Part shown: positions 18,229 through 26,279 of the stretch, one piece after another
Numbering within the stretch: the first letter of the stretch is position 1
Layout of the letters: every line of letters begins with the position of its first letter
NCBI GenBank assembly: GCA_035629655.1
Contig: DASPHN010000022.1
Location: 1-41,981 of the forward strand
Direction: 5' to 3'
Source of the DNA: Candidatus Saccharimonadales bacterium
GTDB lineage: Bacteria > Chloroflexota > Limnocylindria > Limnocylindrales > CSP1-4
DNA length: 41,981 nt
Position numbers and translations under genes: made by a program
The notes under the pieces: generated by a model
What the model was told of the DNA's origin: nothing
Databases searched by the model: none
What the model saw: the letters and a program-made list of their open reading frames with translations, nothing else

Positions 18229-19070
18229 TCGCTGAGCGCCGAGCCACGTGACCACGGCGCGAGACGGTATTCGAGCTTTCGGACGAGCGTGACGAGGATC
18301 AGGGCCTCGATCACGACGAGGACGACGACACCGTAGAGGAGCCCTGGCTCGAAGAGGCCGCGGAACTCCAGGATCAGGTTGCCGATGCCGACCGCGACCA
18401 TCAGGAGCTCGATGATCACCATGCCGGTGATGCCACGGCCAAGCCCCAGGCGCACGCCGGTCATGACCGCGGGCAGCGAGCCCGGGATCAGGATCTTCCG
18501 CCAGATCTGGCGCTCCGTCGCGCCGTAGCTGGTCGCCATCTCGATGAGCGAGGCGTCCACCTGACGGACCCCCGCGCGGCTGTTGACGATGATGACCGGG
18601 ATCGCGAAGACGATGACGAGCAGCACGCGAGCTTCGATCCCGATGCCCAGGGACATCAGCAGGATCGGGATCAGGGCCGCCATCGGCGTGACGAGCAGGA
18701 TGCTGAGATACGGGTCGAAGAAGGCCTCGATGGTCGGGTACCGTGCGGCTGCGAGGCCGGCCGGGATGCCAACGATCACCGCGATGCTGAACCCGATGAC
18801 GAGCGCCTGGTTGCTCAGCAGGAAGGCTTGGTAGGTCTCCGGCGACGTGAGCAGCGTGACCAGGCCTTCGACCGTCTCGGTGAAGGTCGGGATCAGGAGG
18901 CTGTCAGCGGCCTGGGCGTAGAGCTGCCAGACCGTCGCGAAGATCGCGAACGCGATCAGCCGGTAGGTCCAGGCCGAATCGTAGATCCGCGACGCGACGG
19001 AATGAGACGGGGGGCGGGCGAGCCCGCCCCCCGTGGCTGCGCGGCGCTGTTGGCTAACCGCCGAGCTCAT
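18225..19070 (-). CDS. ABC transporter permease (NitT/TauT-type)
   Basis: 281 aa hydrophobic protein with a BPD-transport-like loop. Overlaps the SBP gene end by 17 nt. Confidence 0.85.
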   Translation of the reverse strand: MSSAVSQQRRAATGGGLARPPSHSVASRIYDSAWTYRLIAFAIFATVWQLYAQAADSLLIPTFTETVEGLVTLLTSPETYQAFLLSNQALVIGFSIAVIVGIPAGLAAARYPTIEAFFDPYLSILLVTPMAALIPILLMSLGIGIEARVLLVIVFAIPVIIVNSRAGVRQVDASLIEMATSYGATERQIWRKILIPGSLPAVMTGVRLGLGRGITGMVIIELLMVAVGIGNLILEFRGLFEPGLLYGVVVLVVIEALILVTLVRKLEYRLAPWSRGSALSE

Positions 19071-20112
19071 CCAGAGCCGTCTGGAGGTACGACAGATCGG
19101 ACCACTGGTCGGGCGTGAGCTTGACCGTGGTCGAGCCCGTGCCCTCGGGACCGAAGAAGTCGGCCGTGTAGTCGATGTTCTCGGCGGTCAGGCCGCCGTC
19201 GGTCGGGAACATCCCGAGGTCCAGATACTTGGCGATGGCGGCATCGATCGTCGCGGCGTCGATCGCATCCGGGACGAACGTCTCGGCGATCTCCTTGAGG
19301 CGAGCCGGGTTGCCGTCGATCTCGCGGTTGATCTCGAGGACCGCCTTGACGAGCGCGGCCACGGAGCCCGGGTTCTCGGCGGCGAAGTCGCCATTGGTGT
19401 AGATCGACGTGGTCTGCAGGTCCGGCAGGTCGTTCGCGAAGCTCGCGATCTGGTGGTACCGGTCGCTGGCGGTCTCGTCGATGTTGGTCGCGTCGGTCAG
19501 CTCGAGCGGGCTGGCGTCGATCTGGTCGGCGAGCATGGCGGCGACGCGGTTCGGTGAGCCTTCGATGACGACGTATTCCGGCTCGGTGCCGGGGCAGGTG
19601 GTGTCGATGTAGTTCTTGACCATGGCCGTGCTGACGGCGCCCTGGCTATGGATGGCCAGACGCTTGCCATCGAGGCCAGCGCAGTCGGCGATGTCCGTCT
19701 TGGCGTACAGGGTCCATTCGTTCTGGACCCGGGCGACGACCGACTTGAGGTTGGCGCCCTTCTCGATCGCGGCCATCGTCGCGTTGTTCGCGCCGGAGCC
19801 GAAGGCGAAGTCACCGGCCGCGACACCCGCCGTGACGAGCTCCGACTCGGCGATCTCCTGGGTGGTGATGTTGTAGCCGCCTTCCTTGTTCAGCTTGTCG
19901 ATCGCCGCCAGGAAGGGGGCGCTGGACAGGCCGACCGAGGTGAAGGCCACTCCGAATTCCTTGGTGCCGGGCTGCTCGGCGGCGCCGGATGGCGCCGTGC
20001 TGGCTGCTCCGGAGGCTGGGGCCGCGGATCCGCCTGTGTTGGAACAGGCTCCGATGGCGAGAGTCGCGACAGCGACGAGAGTCACCCATCGCATCGACCG
20101 GGAACGACGCAT
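19054..20112 (-). CDS. ABC substrate-binding lipoprotein (NMT1/THI5-like, NitT/TauT family)
   Basis: Signal peptide plus lipobox (LAIGAC) after ATG 20112, followed by a Ser/Ala/Gly linker. First gene of the SBP-permease-ATPase-permease operon. Confidence 0.8.
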   Translation of the reverse strand: MRRSRSMRWVTLVAVATLAIGACSNTGGSAAPASGAASTAPSGAAEQPGTKEFGVAFTSVGLSSAPFLAAIDKLNKEGGYNITTQEIAESELVTAGVAAGDFAFGSGANNATMAAIEKGANLKSVVARVQNEWTLYAKTDIADCAGLDGKRLAIHSQGAVSTAMVKNYIDTTCPGTEPEYVVIEGSPNRVAAMLADQIDASPLELTDATNIDETASDRYHQIASFANDLPDLQTTSIYTNGDFAAENPGSVAALVKAVLEINREIDGNPARLKEIAETFVPDAIDAATIDAAIAKYLDLGMFPTDGGLTAENIDYTADFFGPEGTGSTTVKLTPDQWSDLSYLQTALDELGG

Positions 20113-20204
20113 GTCCGCACTCCAATGGCAGGATGGACGGGTCGCGAACCGGCTCCTCCACATGATCGCCGGTCTCGGGTCGCGACCAACCGCGTGACGC
20201 CACG

Positions 20205-20220
20205 GTATGCCGCGGTATTC
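20205..20220. promoter_or_regulatory. Operator-like site GTATGCCGCGGTATTC (regulon motif copy 4)
   Basis: Lies 93 nt upstream of the SBP start, in the divergent region shared with gntR. Confidence 0.5.
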
Positions 20221-20314
20221 TACGGATGCAAGGGGGCCGGGTCAATGCTCCACGCGATTCCTCACCGGGCCTCGCGCACGGACGGACAAATGTGGATTCA
20301 CACGGATCGCGGTG

Positions 20315-20347
20315 CCGTATACTGCCGCGAAACTCCTATGTATACGG
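20315..20347. promoter_or_regulatory. Inverted repeat CCGTATAC-N17-GTATACGG immediately upstream of gntR
   Basis: Perfect 8-bp arms, each containing the palindromic GTATAC half-site. The repeat ends 5 nt before ATG 20352. Confidence 0.55.
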
Positions 20348-20351
20348 TGCC

Positions 20352-21074
20352 ATGCCAGTGGTCGAGCGAGCCAAGACGATGACGGTCCGGCCCCGGTCGA
20401 AGGGCAAGACCGACGGACTTCCCAGCAGCGAGGTCGTCTATCGTCGGCTCAAGCACGAGATCATCAGTGGCGAGATGGCCCCCGACAGCCGCTTGGTCGA
20501 GCTGACCATCGCCGCCGAGTTCGGCGTGAGCCGCACGCCCGTCCGCGAAGCGCTCAAGCGCCTGGCCGCCGAGAACCTCGTCTTCGCGGATCCCGCCCGC
20601 GGGATGATCGTCCACCGCCCCGACGCCGCGGAGATCGAGGATGTCTTCGTCGTCCGTGAGGTGCTCGACGGGCTGGCCGCACAGCTGGCCGCGCATCGCA
20701 TCACGCCCTCCGAGCTCTCGAAGCTGGAGCTGATCGTGAACACGATGGGCGAGGCCATCGAGACCGGCCGCCGGGAGCAGATCGTGGCCGCCAACCAGCG
20801 GTTCCACGATGTCATCTACTCGGCCGCCGGGAATCCCGTGCTGGCCCGAGTCGCGAGCGAGCTTCGCGACTACGTGCGCCGCTACAGCACCCTCCCGTTC
20901 GCGAGCCCCGACCGCGTCGAGCACGTGTTGTCCGAGCATCGGGCGATCCTCACGGCGCTCCAGAAGCACGACCCCAAGGCCGCCGAGCAGGCCTCCGGCG
21001 GGCACCTTTCCGCCGCCCGCGCGTACGTGGTCCGCATGGACCTCGAGGACTACGCGGAGAACCGCCTGGGCTGA
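20352..21074 (+). CDS. GntR-family transcriptional regulator, FadR subfamily (wHTH + FCD domain)
   Basis: ELTIAAEFGVSRTPVREALKRLAAENLV wHTH, followed by a helical FCD-like C-terminal domain. Start is uncertain (ATG 20352 or ATG 20379). Confidence 0.88.
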   Translation: MPVVERAKTMTVRPRSKGKTDGLPSSEVVYRRLKHEIISGEMAPDSRLVELTIAAEFGVSRTPVREALKRLAAENLVFADPARGMIVHRPDAAEIEDVFVVREVLDGLAAQLAAHRITPSELSKLELIVNTMGEAIETGRREQIVAANQRFHDVIYSAAGNPVLARVASELRDYVRRYSTLPFASPDRVEHVLSEHRAILTALQKHDPKAAEQASGGHLSAARAYVVRMDLEDYAENRLG

Positions 21075-21156
21075 GGTCCGGGTCCGGACATCGCCCCCCG
21101 GCATCGCCTCGACGACGAGATCCGGCGACGCCATCGAATGCAGCGTCCGTGCCATG

Positions 21157-21172
21157 GGATACGATTGTCCAC
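21157..21172. promoter_or_regulatory. Operator-like site GGATACGATTGTCCAC (regulon motif copy 5)
   Basis: Lies 52 nt upstream of the asparaginase ATG. It has the CGATTG core. Confidence 0.5.
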
Positions 21173-21223
21173 AACCGAGCACATGGCCCCGTCGGTACCG
21201 GACCGACCACCCAGGAGGCACTG

Positions 21224-22225
21224 ATGGCAGCAGCACGGCCGCGGGTCGCCCTCGTCTTCACCGGTGGCACGATCGACTCGGTCGGCGTCGACCGGCTCGA
21301 CCTCGCCTGGTACATCGAAGCCGGCAAGCGGCTCGATGACGGTGAGCTCGTGGAGCGCGTCCCGGAGCTCGACCGCATCGCCGCGGTCGAGGAAGTGCCG
21401 TTCCGCCGACTGCCCAGCCAGTCCATCACCGACGGCGACCTGGCCGACCTCGTCACCACGATCCACGAGATCTTCGAGTCCGATCGCGCCGACGGGGTCG
21501 TCATCACCCACGGCACGAACACGCTCGAGGAGACGGCCTACTACCTGCACCTGGCCCTCAAGACCGACCGACCGGTCGTCATCGTCGGGTCGATGCGCCC
21601 GTCCTCCGCCGTCAGCGCCGACGGCTACCTGAACCTGCTCAACGGCGTCCGCGTCGCCGCCGATCCGGCATCGGCGGGGATGGGCGTCCTGGTCGTCCTG
21701 AACGACACGATCCTCGGGGCGCGGGACGTCACCAAGACCGCCACGTACCGGGTCGAGACGTTCCAGGGTCGCGACCTCGGGCCTCTCGGCTATGCAGACA
21801 ACGACGGCCGGGTCCTCTTCTACCACCGGCCGGTCCGGCCGCACACGACCGCGACCGAGTTCCAGGTCGGCGAGGCGGCGCTCCCACGCGTCGACGTCGT
21901 CGTGAGCTACCTCGGCGCCGATGCGACGATGATCGATGCCGCGGTGGCGGCGGGCGCGAAAGGCATCGTCAGCGCCGGCACGGGAGCCGGCCGGCCGACG
22001 CCGGCCGAGGACGCCGCGCTCCTGCGCGCCAGCGAGGCCGGCGTGGTCATCTGCCAGGGCACCCGGGTCGGGAGCGGTCGAGCGGTCCGCAGCCCAGGGC
22101 TCGTCAAGCGCGGCTGGGTCGCCTCGGACAACCTCCAGCCCTGGAAGGCGCGGATCCTGCTCCGCTTCGCGCTCGCGACCACGTCCGACGTGGACGAGAT
22201 CCAGCGGATGTTCGACACCTACTGA
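21224..22225 (+). CDS. L-asparaginase (type II / AnsA-AnsB family)
   Basis: VFTGGTIDS nucleophile motif, ITHGTNTLEETAYYL, and GSMRPSSAVSADG. AGGAGG lies 5 nt upstream of ATG 21224. Confidence 0.88.
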   Translation: MAAARPRVALVFTGGTIDSVGVDRLDLAWYIEAGKRLDDGELVERVPELDRIAAVEEVPFRRLPSQSITDGDLADLVTTIHEIFESDRADGVVITHGTNTLEETAYYLHLALKTDRPVVIVGSMRPSSAVSADGYLNLLNGVRVAADPASAGMGVLVVLNDTILGARDVTKTATYRVETFQGRDLGPLGYADNDGRVLFYHRPVRPHTTATEFQVGEAALPRVDVVVSYLGADATMIDAAVAAGAKGIVSAGTGAGRPTPAEDAALLRASEAGVVICQGTRVGSGRAVRSPGLVKRGWVASDNLQPWKARILLRFALATTSDVDEIQRMFDTY

Positions 22226-22264
22226 GCGAGGCGACCGATGGTGGGTCCGCTCGGGAGCCCGGAT

Positions 22265-22813
22265 TCAGCCCAGGCCGAGCCCGGTGCGCGTGAACAGCGC
22301 GGCGTACGGGATGCCGGCCTCGGCCATCGCCGCTTCGCCACCCTCCTCGCGATCGATGACGGCCACGATCGCCGTCACGACCCCGCCCGCCTCGCGGATC
22401 CGCTCGGCCGCCCGGATGGCCTGCGCACCGCTGGTGATGACGTCCTCGACGACGACCACCCGGTCGCCGGCAGCGAGCTCCCCCTCGACGAGCTTGGCGG
22501 TGCTGTACTCCTTGCTTGCCTTGCGTGCGATGACGAACGGCAGGTCCGTCTCGAGCGAGACGGCCGCCGCCAGCGCCACCGCCCCGAGCTCCGTGCCGGC
22601 GATCCGCTGCGTGTCGGCGGGGACGTGCACCGCGAGCGCGCGACCCAGACGCCGAAGGATCCCGGGCTGCGTCTCGAACAGGTACTTGTCCAGGTAATAG
22701 GTGCTGCGCGCCCCGGAGCTCAACACGAAGTCACCATGCAGCAGCGACGCGTCCATGACGTCGCGACCCAGCGCGGCCAGGTCCTCGGGGTCGGCCACGA
22801 CGGGCTCGGGCAT
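22265..22813 (-). CDS. pyrE: Orotate phosphoribosyltransferase-like type I PRTase
   Basis: 182 aa. FVLSSGARSTYYLD and the PRPP motif VVVVEDVITSGAQ. GGAGGA lies upstream of ATG 22813. Confidence 0.8.
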   Translation of the reverse strand: MPEPVVADPEDLAALGRDVMDASLLHGDFVLSSGARSTYYLDKYLFETQPGILRRLGRALAVHVPADTQRIAGTELGAVALAAAVSLETDLPFVIARKASKEYSTAKLVEGELAAGDRVVVVEDVITSGAQAIRAAERIREAGGVVTAIVAVIDREEGGEAAMAEAGIPYAALFTRTGLGLG

Positions 22814-22950
22814 GGACGGATCCTCCGACGGCGCCCGTCGGCATCCGCCGGTCGCGTCGTACGACCGAGGGGGACGGGACGGACCACAGGATACGTCGCG
22901 GCGTCGCTCGCCGAGCGGGGCGGACGGGCCGCCCGAAGGGAGTCTGATCG

Positions 22951-23658
22951 ATGACCGAGCGTGTTTGGGACCGGTTCCTGAGCGAGGGAGACCGGCAACG
23001 GAACGTCGTCCAGCCAGCGGCCCGCAAGGGCGCCGGGACCAAGCCGGCACTCCTGCTCGTGGACCTCTATCGATGGGTCTTCGGCGATGAGCCGCAGCCC
23101 CTCCTCGAGGCCATCGAGTCCTGGCCGGGGAGCTGCGGCCTCAATGGCTGGACGGCCCTGCCCCACATCCAGGCACTGCTCGCCGAGGCGCGGTCGCTCG
23201 GCCATCCGGTCGTCCACGTCAGCGGGTTCGACGGGATGCCCGGCTGGCGCGACCCGCATCCGCGCGGCCGGGCGAGCGAGGACCCGGCGATGTCCGATCG
23301 ACGGCGACGCCGCTACGACATCGTGGACGAGGTGGCGCCGCTGCCCGGCGAGGTCGTGCTTCGCAAGGTGGCACCGAGCGCGTTCTGGGGGACGCCCCTC
23401 ATCGGCCACCTCGTGTCGCTCGGGGTCGACACCCTGGTCGTGGCCGGCGAATCGACGAGTGGTTGCGTCCGGGCGACGGTGGTCGATGGCAAGAGCCATC
23501 GATTCCGGATGCTCGTGCCCGAACCATGTGTCTTCGACCGTGACGACGCGTCGCACGCGATCAACCTGTACGACCTCGACCAGAAATACGCCGACGTCAT
23601 CGGACTCGAGGAGGCGATCGCGTACCTGCGCTCGGTCGCACCCGCCGGCGGAGGGTGA
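22951..23658 (+). CDS. Isochorismatase-family cysteine hydrolase (maleamate/ureidoacrylate/N-carbamoylsarcosine amidase-like)
   Basis: Candidate D-K-C triad context: ALLLVDLY, VLRKVAPSAF, VVAGESTSGCVRATV. Confidence 0.8.
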   Translation: MTERVWDRFLSEGDRQRNVVQPAARKGAGTKPALLLVDLYRWVFGDEPQPLLEAIESWPGSCGLNGWTALPHIQALLAEARSLGHPVVHVSGFDGMPGWRDPHPRGRASEDPAMSDRRRRRYDIVDEVAPLPGEVVLRKVAPSAFWGTPLIGHLVSLGVDTLVVAGESTSGCVRATVVDGKSHRFRMLVPEPCVFDRDDASHAINLYDLDQKYADVIGLEEAIAYLRSVAPAGGG

Positions 23659-23694
23659 CCCCGCCGCACGGCTGAGGTTGCCCCGGAGCCGAGC

Positions 23695-24456
23695 TCAGGC
23701 CAGGAGCTCGCTGAGTCCGCGCCAGAGCAGGTTGAGGCCACCGACGAGCAGCACGATGAGCACCGCCCGGTAGATGGTCACCCTGGGCAGCCGACCCTGC
23801 AGTCGAAAGCCGAGCCGCTGGACGACCATCGACGGCACGGCCAGCGTCACCGCGATGACGATCAGGACGGCCGTGTACTGCTGCAGCGCCACGAGCAGGC
23901 CCACCCGCAGGATGCCCATGGTGAAGAAGGCGAAGGAGATCACGACCGCGAACTCGGCGCCACGAAGGCCGATCGCCGTCAGGTAGGTCCCGAAGACGGG
24001 CCCCGACGCGCCGAGGGCCCCGTTCGAGATCCCTCCCACCGTGCCGGCCACCGGCCCGAGCCAGCGTTGTGTGCCATGGGTGAGGGGCGGGCGCTCGGCC
24101 CGAAGGCTGGAGGCGACGAACCACAACGTGAAGATCCCGAGCGCCACCGAGACGGCCGGCGCCGGCAGGATGACGAGCAGTTGCGTCCCGATGACCGACC
24201 CGACCAGCGCCCCGATGATCAGGCCGCGGGTGCGCCGCACCATGCCGATCCGGGTCCGGTGGTGCCACAGCTGCGAGCCGCTCATCAACGGGGCGAGCAG
24301 GCTCATGACGATGACCCCGTCCTTGGCCGGCAGCACCAGCGCCAACGCGTTGATCGCGAGCAGGGCGAACCCGAAGCCGACCATGCCGTTGACCAGGGCG
24401 GCGATCGAGACCAGGACCGCGAGCAGGACGAGCAGCGCCGGGTCGGCCAGGGGCAT
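23695..24456 (-). CDS. TauE/SafE-family anion (sulfite/organosulfonate) exporter
   Basis: 253 aa from ATG 24456, polytopic, with Gly-rich helices typical of TauE. Confidence 0.75.
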   Translation of the reverse strand: MPLADPALLVLLAVLVSIAALVNGMVGFGFALLAINALALVLPAKDGVIVMSLLAPLMSGSQLWHHRTRIGMVRRTRGLIIGALVGSVIGTQLLVILPAPAVSVALGIFTLWFVASSLRAERPPLTHGTQRWLGPVAGTVGGISNGALGASGPVFGTYLTAIGLRGAEFAVVISFAFFTMGILRVGLLVALQQYTAVLIVIAVTLAVPSMVVQRLGFRLQGRLPRVTIYRAVLIVLLVGGLNLLWRGLSELLA

Positions 24457-24510
24457 CCATCCCACCTCATCGGACCCGCGAGCGCCCCGCGCCACGCCGC
24501 ACGCTTCGCT

Positions 24511-24526
24511 GTATCCAATCGCATAC
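24511..24526. promoter_or_regulatory. Operator-like site GTATCCAATCGCATAC (regulon motif copy 6)
   Basis: Lies 55 nt upstream of the TauE start. Its reverse complement GTATGCGATTGGATAC differs from the site at 14770 at only 3 of 16 positions. Confidence 0.6.
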
Positions 24527-24614
24527 GGTACAGCCCACGGTGGCGTCCTGCGGGACGGTCCAGGCGACCCGCATCGCGCCATGGGACGTTGACCGCAGGC
24601 CTCGGAAGACCATA

Positions 24615-24630
24615 AGATACCGCTGCATAC
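24615..24630. promoter_or_regulatory. Operator-like site AGATACCGCTGCATAC (regulon motif copy 7)
   Basis: Lies 40-55 nt upstream of the UbiD-2 start. It is the second site in the same divergent region. Confidence 0.5.
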
Positions 24631-24671
24631 ATTGGTCCCCGTCGGAGGCGACGGGCCCGTGGACTCGCAGG

Positions 24672-26195
24672 GTGGGAGCGATCTTGGCCATCACCGACCG
24701 ACCGACCGAGACGACGACGGGACGACTGCCCACATGGCGCGATACGCGCGAATGGATCGACCGCGCCCGAGCGATCGGCGAGCTGCGCGACGTCCATGGC
24801 GTGGACTGGGAGCAGGGCATCGGCGAGGTCACCGAGATGCTCGACCACGCCGAGGGCAGCCCGTCCGTCCTGTTCGATGACATCCCGGGCTATCCGTCCG
24901 GGCGGCGCGTCATCGTCAACTGCAGCGGCACGCCGGGCCGCCAGGCCGTGACCCTCAATCTGCCCCAGAGCGAAGCCACGCACGACGGTCTCTTCCGGTT
25001 CTGGCGGAGCGTCCTGGAGGGCTTCCAGCCGGTCGATCCGGTGGACGTGGAGATCGGACCGGTGTTCGAGAACGTCGTCGAAGGCGATGACGTCGATCTC
25101 GAGGCGTTCCCGGTGCCTCTCTGGCACCCGCACGACGGTGGCCGGTTCATCGGGACGGCCAGCATGAACATCCTCAAGGACCCCGATTCCGACTGGGTCA
25201 ACATCGGGACGTATCGCAACCAGATCTTCGCCCGTGACGAGATGGGCATCTATATCAGCCCCGGCAAGCACGGCCGCCTCATCCGCGACAAGTACCTGGC
25301 GCGCGGCGAGCGCATCCCGGTCGTCGTGGTCGTCGGCGCCGATCCGCTGCTGTTCATGGCCTCCTGTGCCGAGGGCATCCCGTACGGCATGAGCGAGCTC
25401 GCCTGGGCGGGCGCGGTGCGTGGCGAGCCGATCGAGGTGGTCCGCGGCCGCCACACCGGCCTCCCCTTCCCGGCCACGGCCGAGATCGCGATCGAAGGCT
25501 GGATCGACCCGACGGCGCCCCTGCACGACGAGGGCCCGTACGGCGAGTGGATGGGCTACTACGCGAGCGGCGAGGGCCAGACCCACGTGATCAAGGTCGC
25601 GGCGATCTATCACCGCAACGATCCGATCCTGCTCGGGTGCCCGCAGGGCAAGCCGCCACATGAGGACAATCGGTTCCTGGCCTACCTGAAGTCCGCCCTC
25701 ATCGAGCAACAGCTGCGAGCCGCCGGCGTGCCCAAGGTCACCGGCGTCTGGTGCCCGCCCGAGGCCGGTAACCGGATGATGACCGTCATCGCGGTGGACC
25801 AGTCCTATCCCGGCCATGCGACCCAGGCGCTGCTGGTCGGCAGCCAGACCGGCACCTCGGCGTACGCCGGCCGGGTGGCCGTCGTCGTGGACCCCGATAT
25901 CGACATCACGAGCCTCGACGACGTGATGTGGGCGATCATGACCCGCTGCGATCCGGTCCGCGACGTCCGGATCATCGACCGCGCGTGGAGCGGCCCACTC
26001 GACCCGGCCATCCACCCAGACCATCGGGGCATGAACTCACGGCTCCTCATCGACGCCACCAAGCCGTGGGAATGGCGGGAGCGGTTCGCCGAGCCCGTCG
26101 TGACCGCCGAGATGAGCCGCGCCGCCCGGCAGCGCTGGGGCTGGATCCTCGATCCGGCCGGGACGCCCCCCGCCACCGACCAGGGACGATCGTAA
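24672..26195 (+). CDS. UbiD-family (prFMN-dependent) decarboxylase 2
   Basis: EGPYGEWMGYY, with a UbiD-like N-terminus (WRDTREWIDRARAIGELRDV) and C-terminus. There is no in-frame ATG near the start. Candidates are GTG 24672 or TTG 24684 (GGGAG 5 nt upstream). Confidence 0.88.
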   Translation: MGAILAITDRPTETTTGRLPTWRDTREWIDRARAIGELRDVHGVDWEQGIGEVTEMLDHAEGSPSVLFDDIPGYPSGRRVIVNCSGTPGRQAVTLNLPQSEATHDGLFRFWRSVLEGFQPVDPVDVEIGPVFENVVEGDDVDLEAFPVPLWHPHDGGRFIGTASMNILKDPDSDWVNIGTYRNQIFARDEMGIYISPGKHGRLIRDKYLARGERIPVVVVVGADPLLFMASCAEGIPYGMSELAWAGAVRGEPIEVVRGRHTGLPFPATAEIAIEGWIDPTAPLHDEGPYGEWMGYYASGEGQTHVIKVAAIYHRNDPILLGCPQGKPPHEDNRFLAYLKSALIEQQLRAAGVPKVTGVWCPPEAGNRMMTVIAVDQSYPGHATQALLVGSQTGTSAYAGRVAVVVDPDIDITSLDDVMWAIMTRCDPVRDVRIIDRAWSGPLDPAIHPDHRGMNSRLLIDATKPWEWRERFAEPVVTAEMSRAARQRWGWILDPAGTPPATDQGRS

Positions 26196-26279
26196 GGGAA
26201 CGACCCTCGCCCACGACGGCCTGATCGGATGCGTCCGCCAGGGTCGCCACCACCCATCGCGCAAGGAGAGACAGCAGGA

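Noticed and set aside
22814-22950. Possible further copy of the regulon motif in the pyrE-like/isochorismatase divergent region (GGATAC at 22889, and the palindrome GTCGTACGAC at 22856-22865)
   Set aside because: Only one half-site matches, because the second half (CGGCGT) does not fit GyAyAC. The 10-bp palindrome is a different sequence. I left it as unassigned rather than count it.
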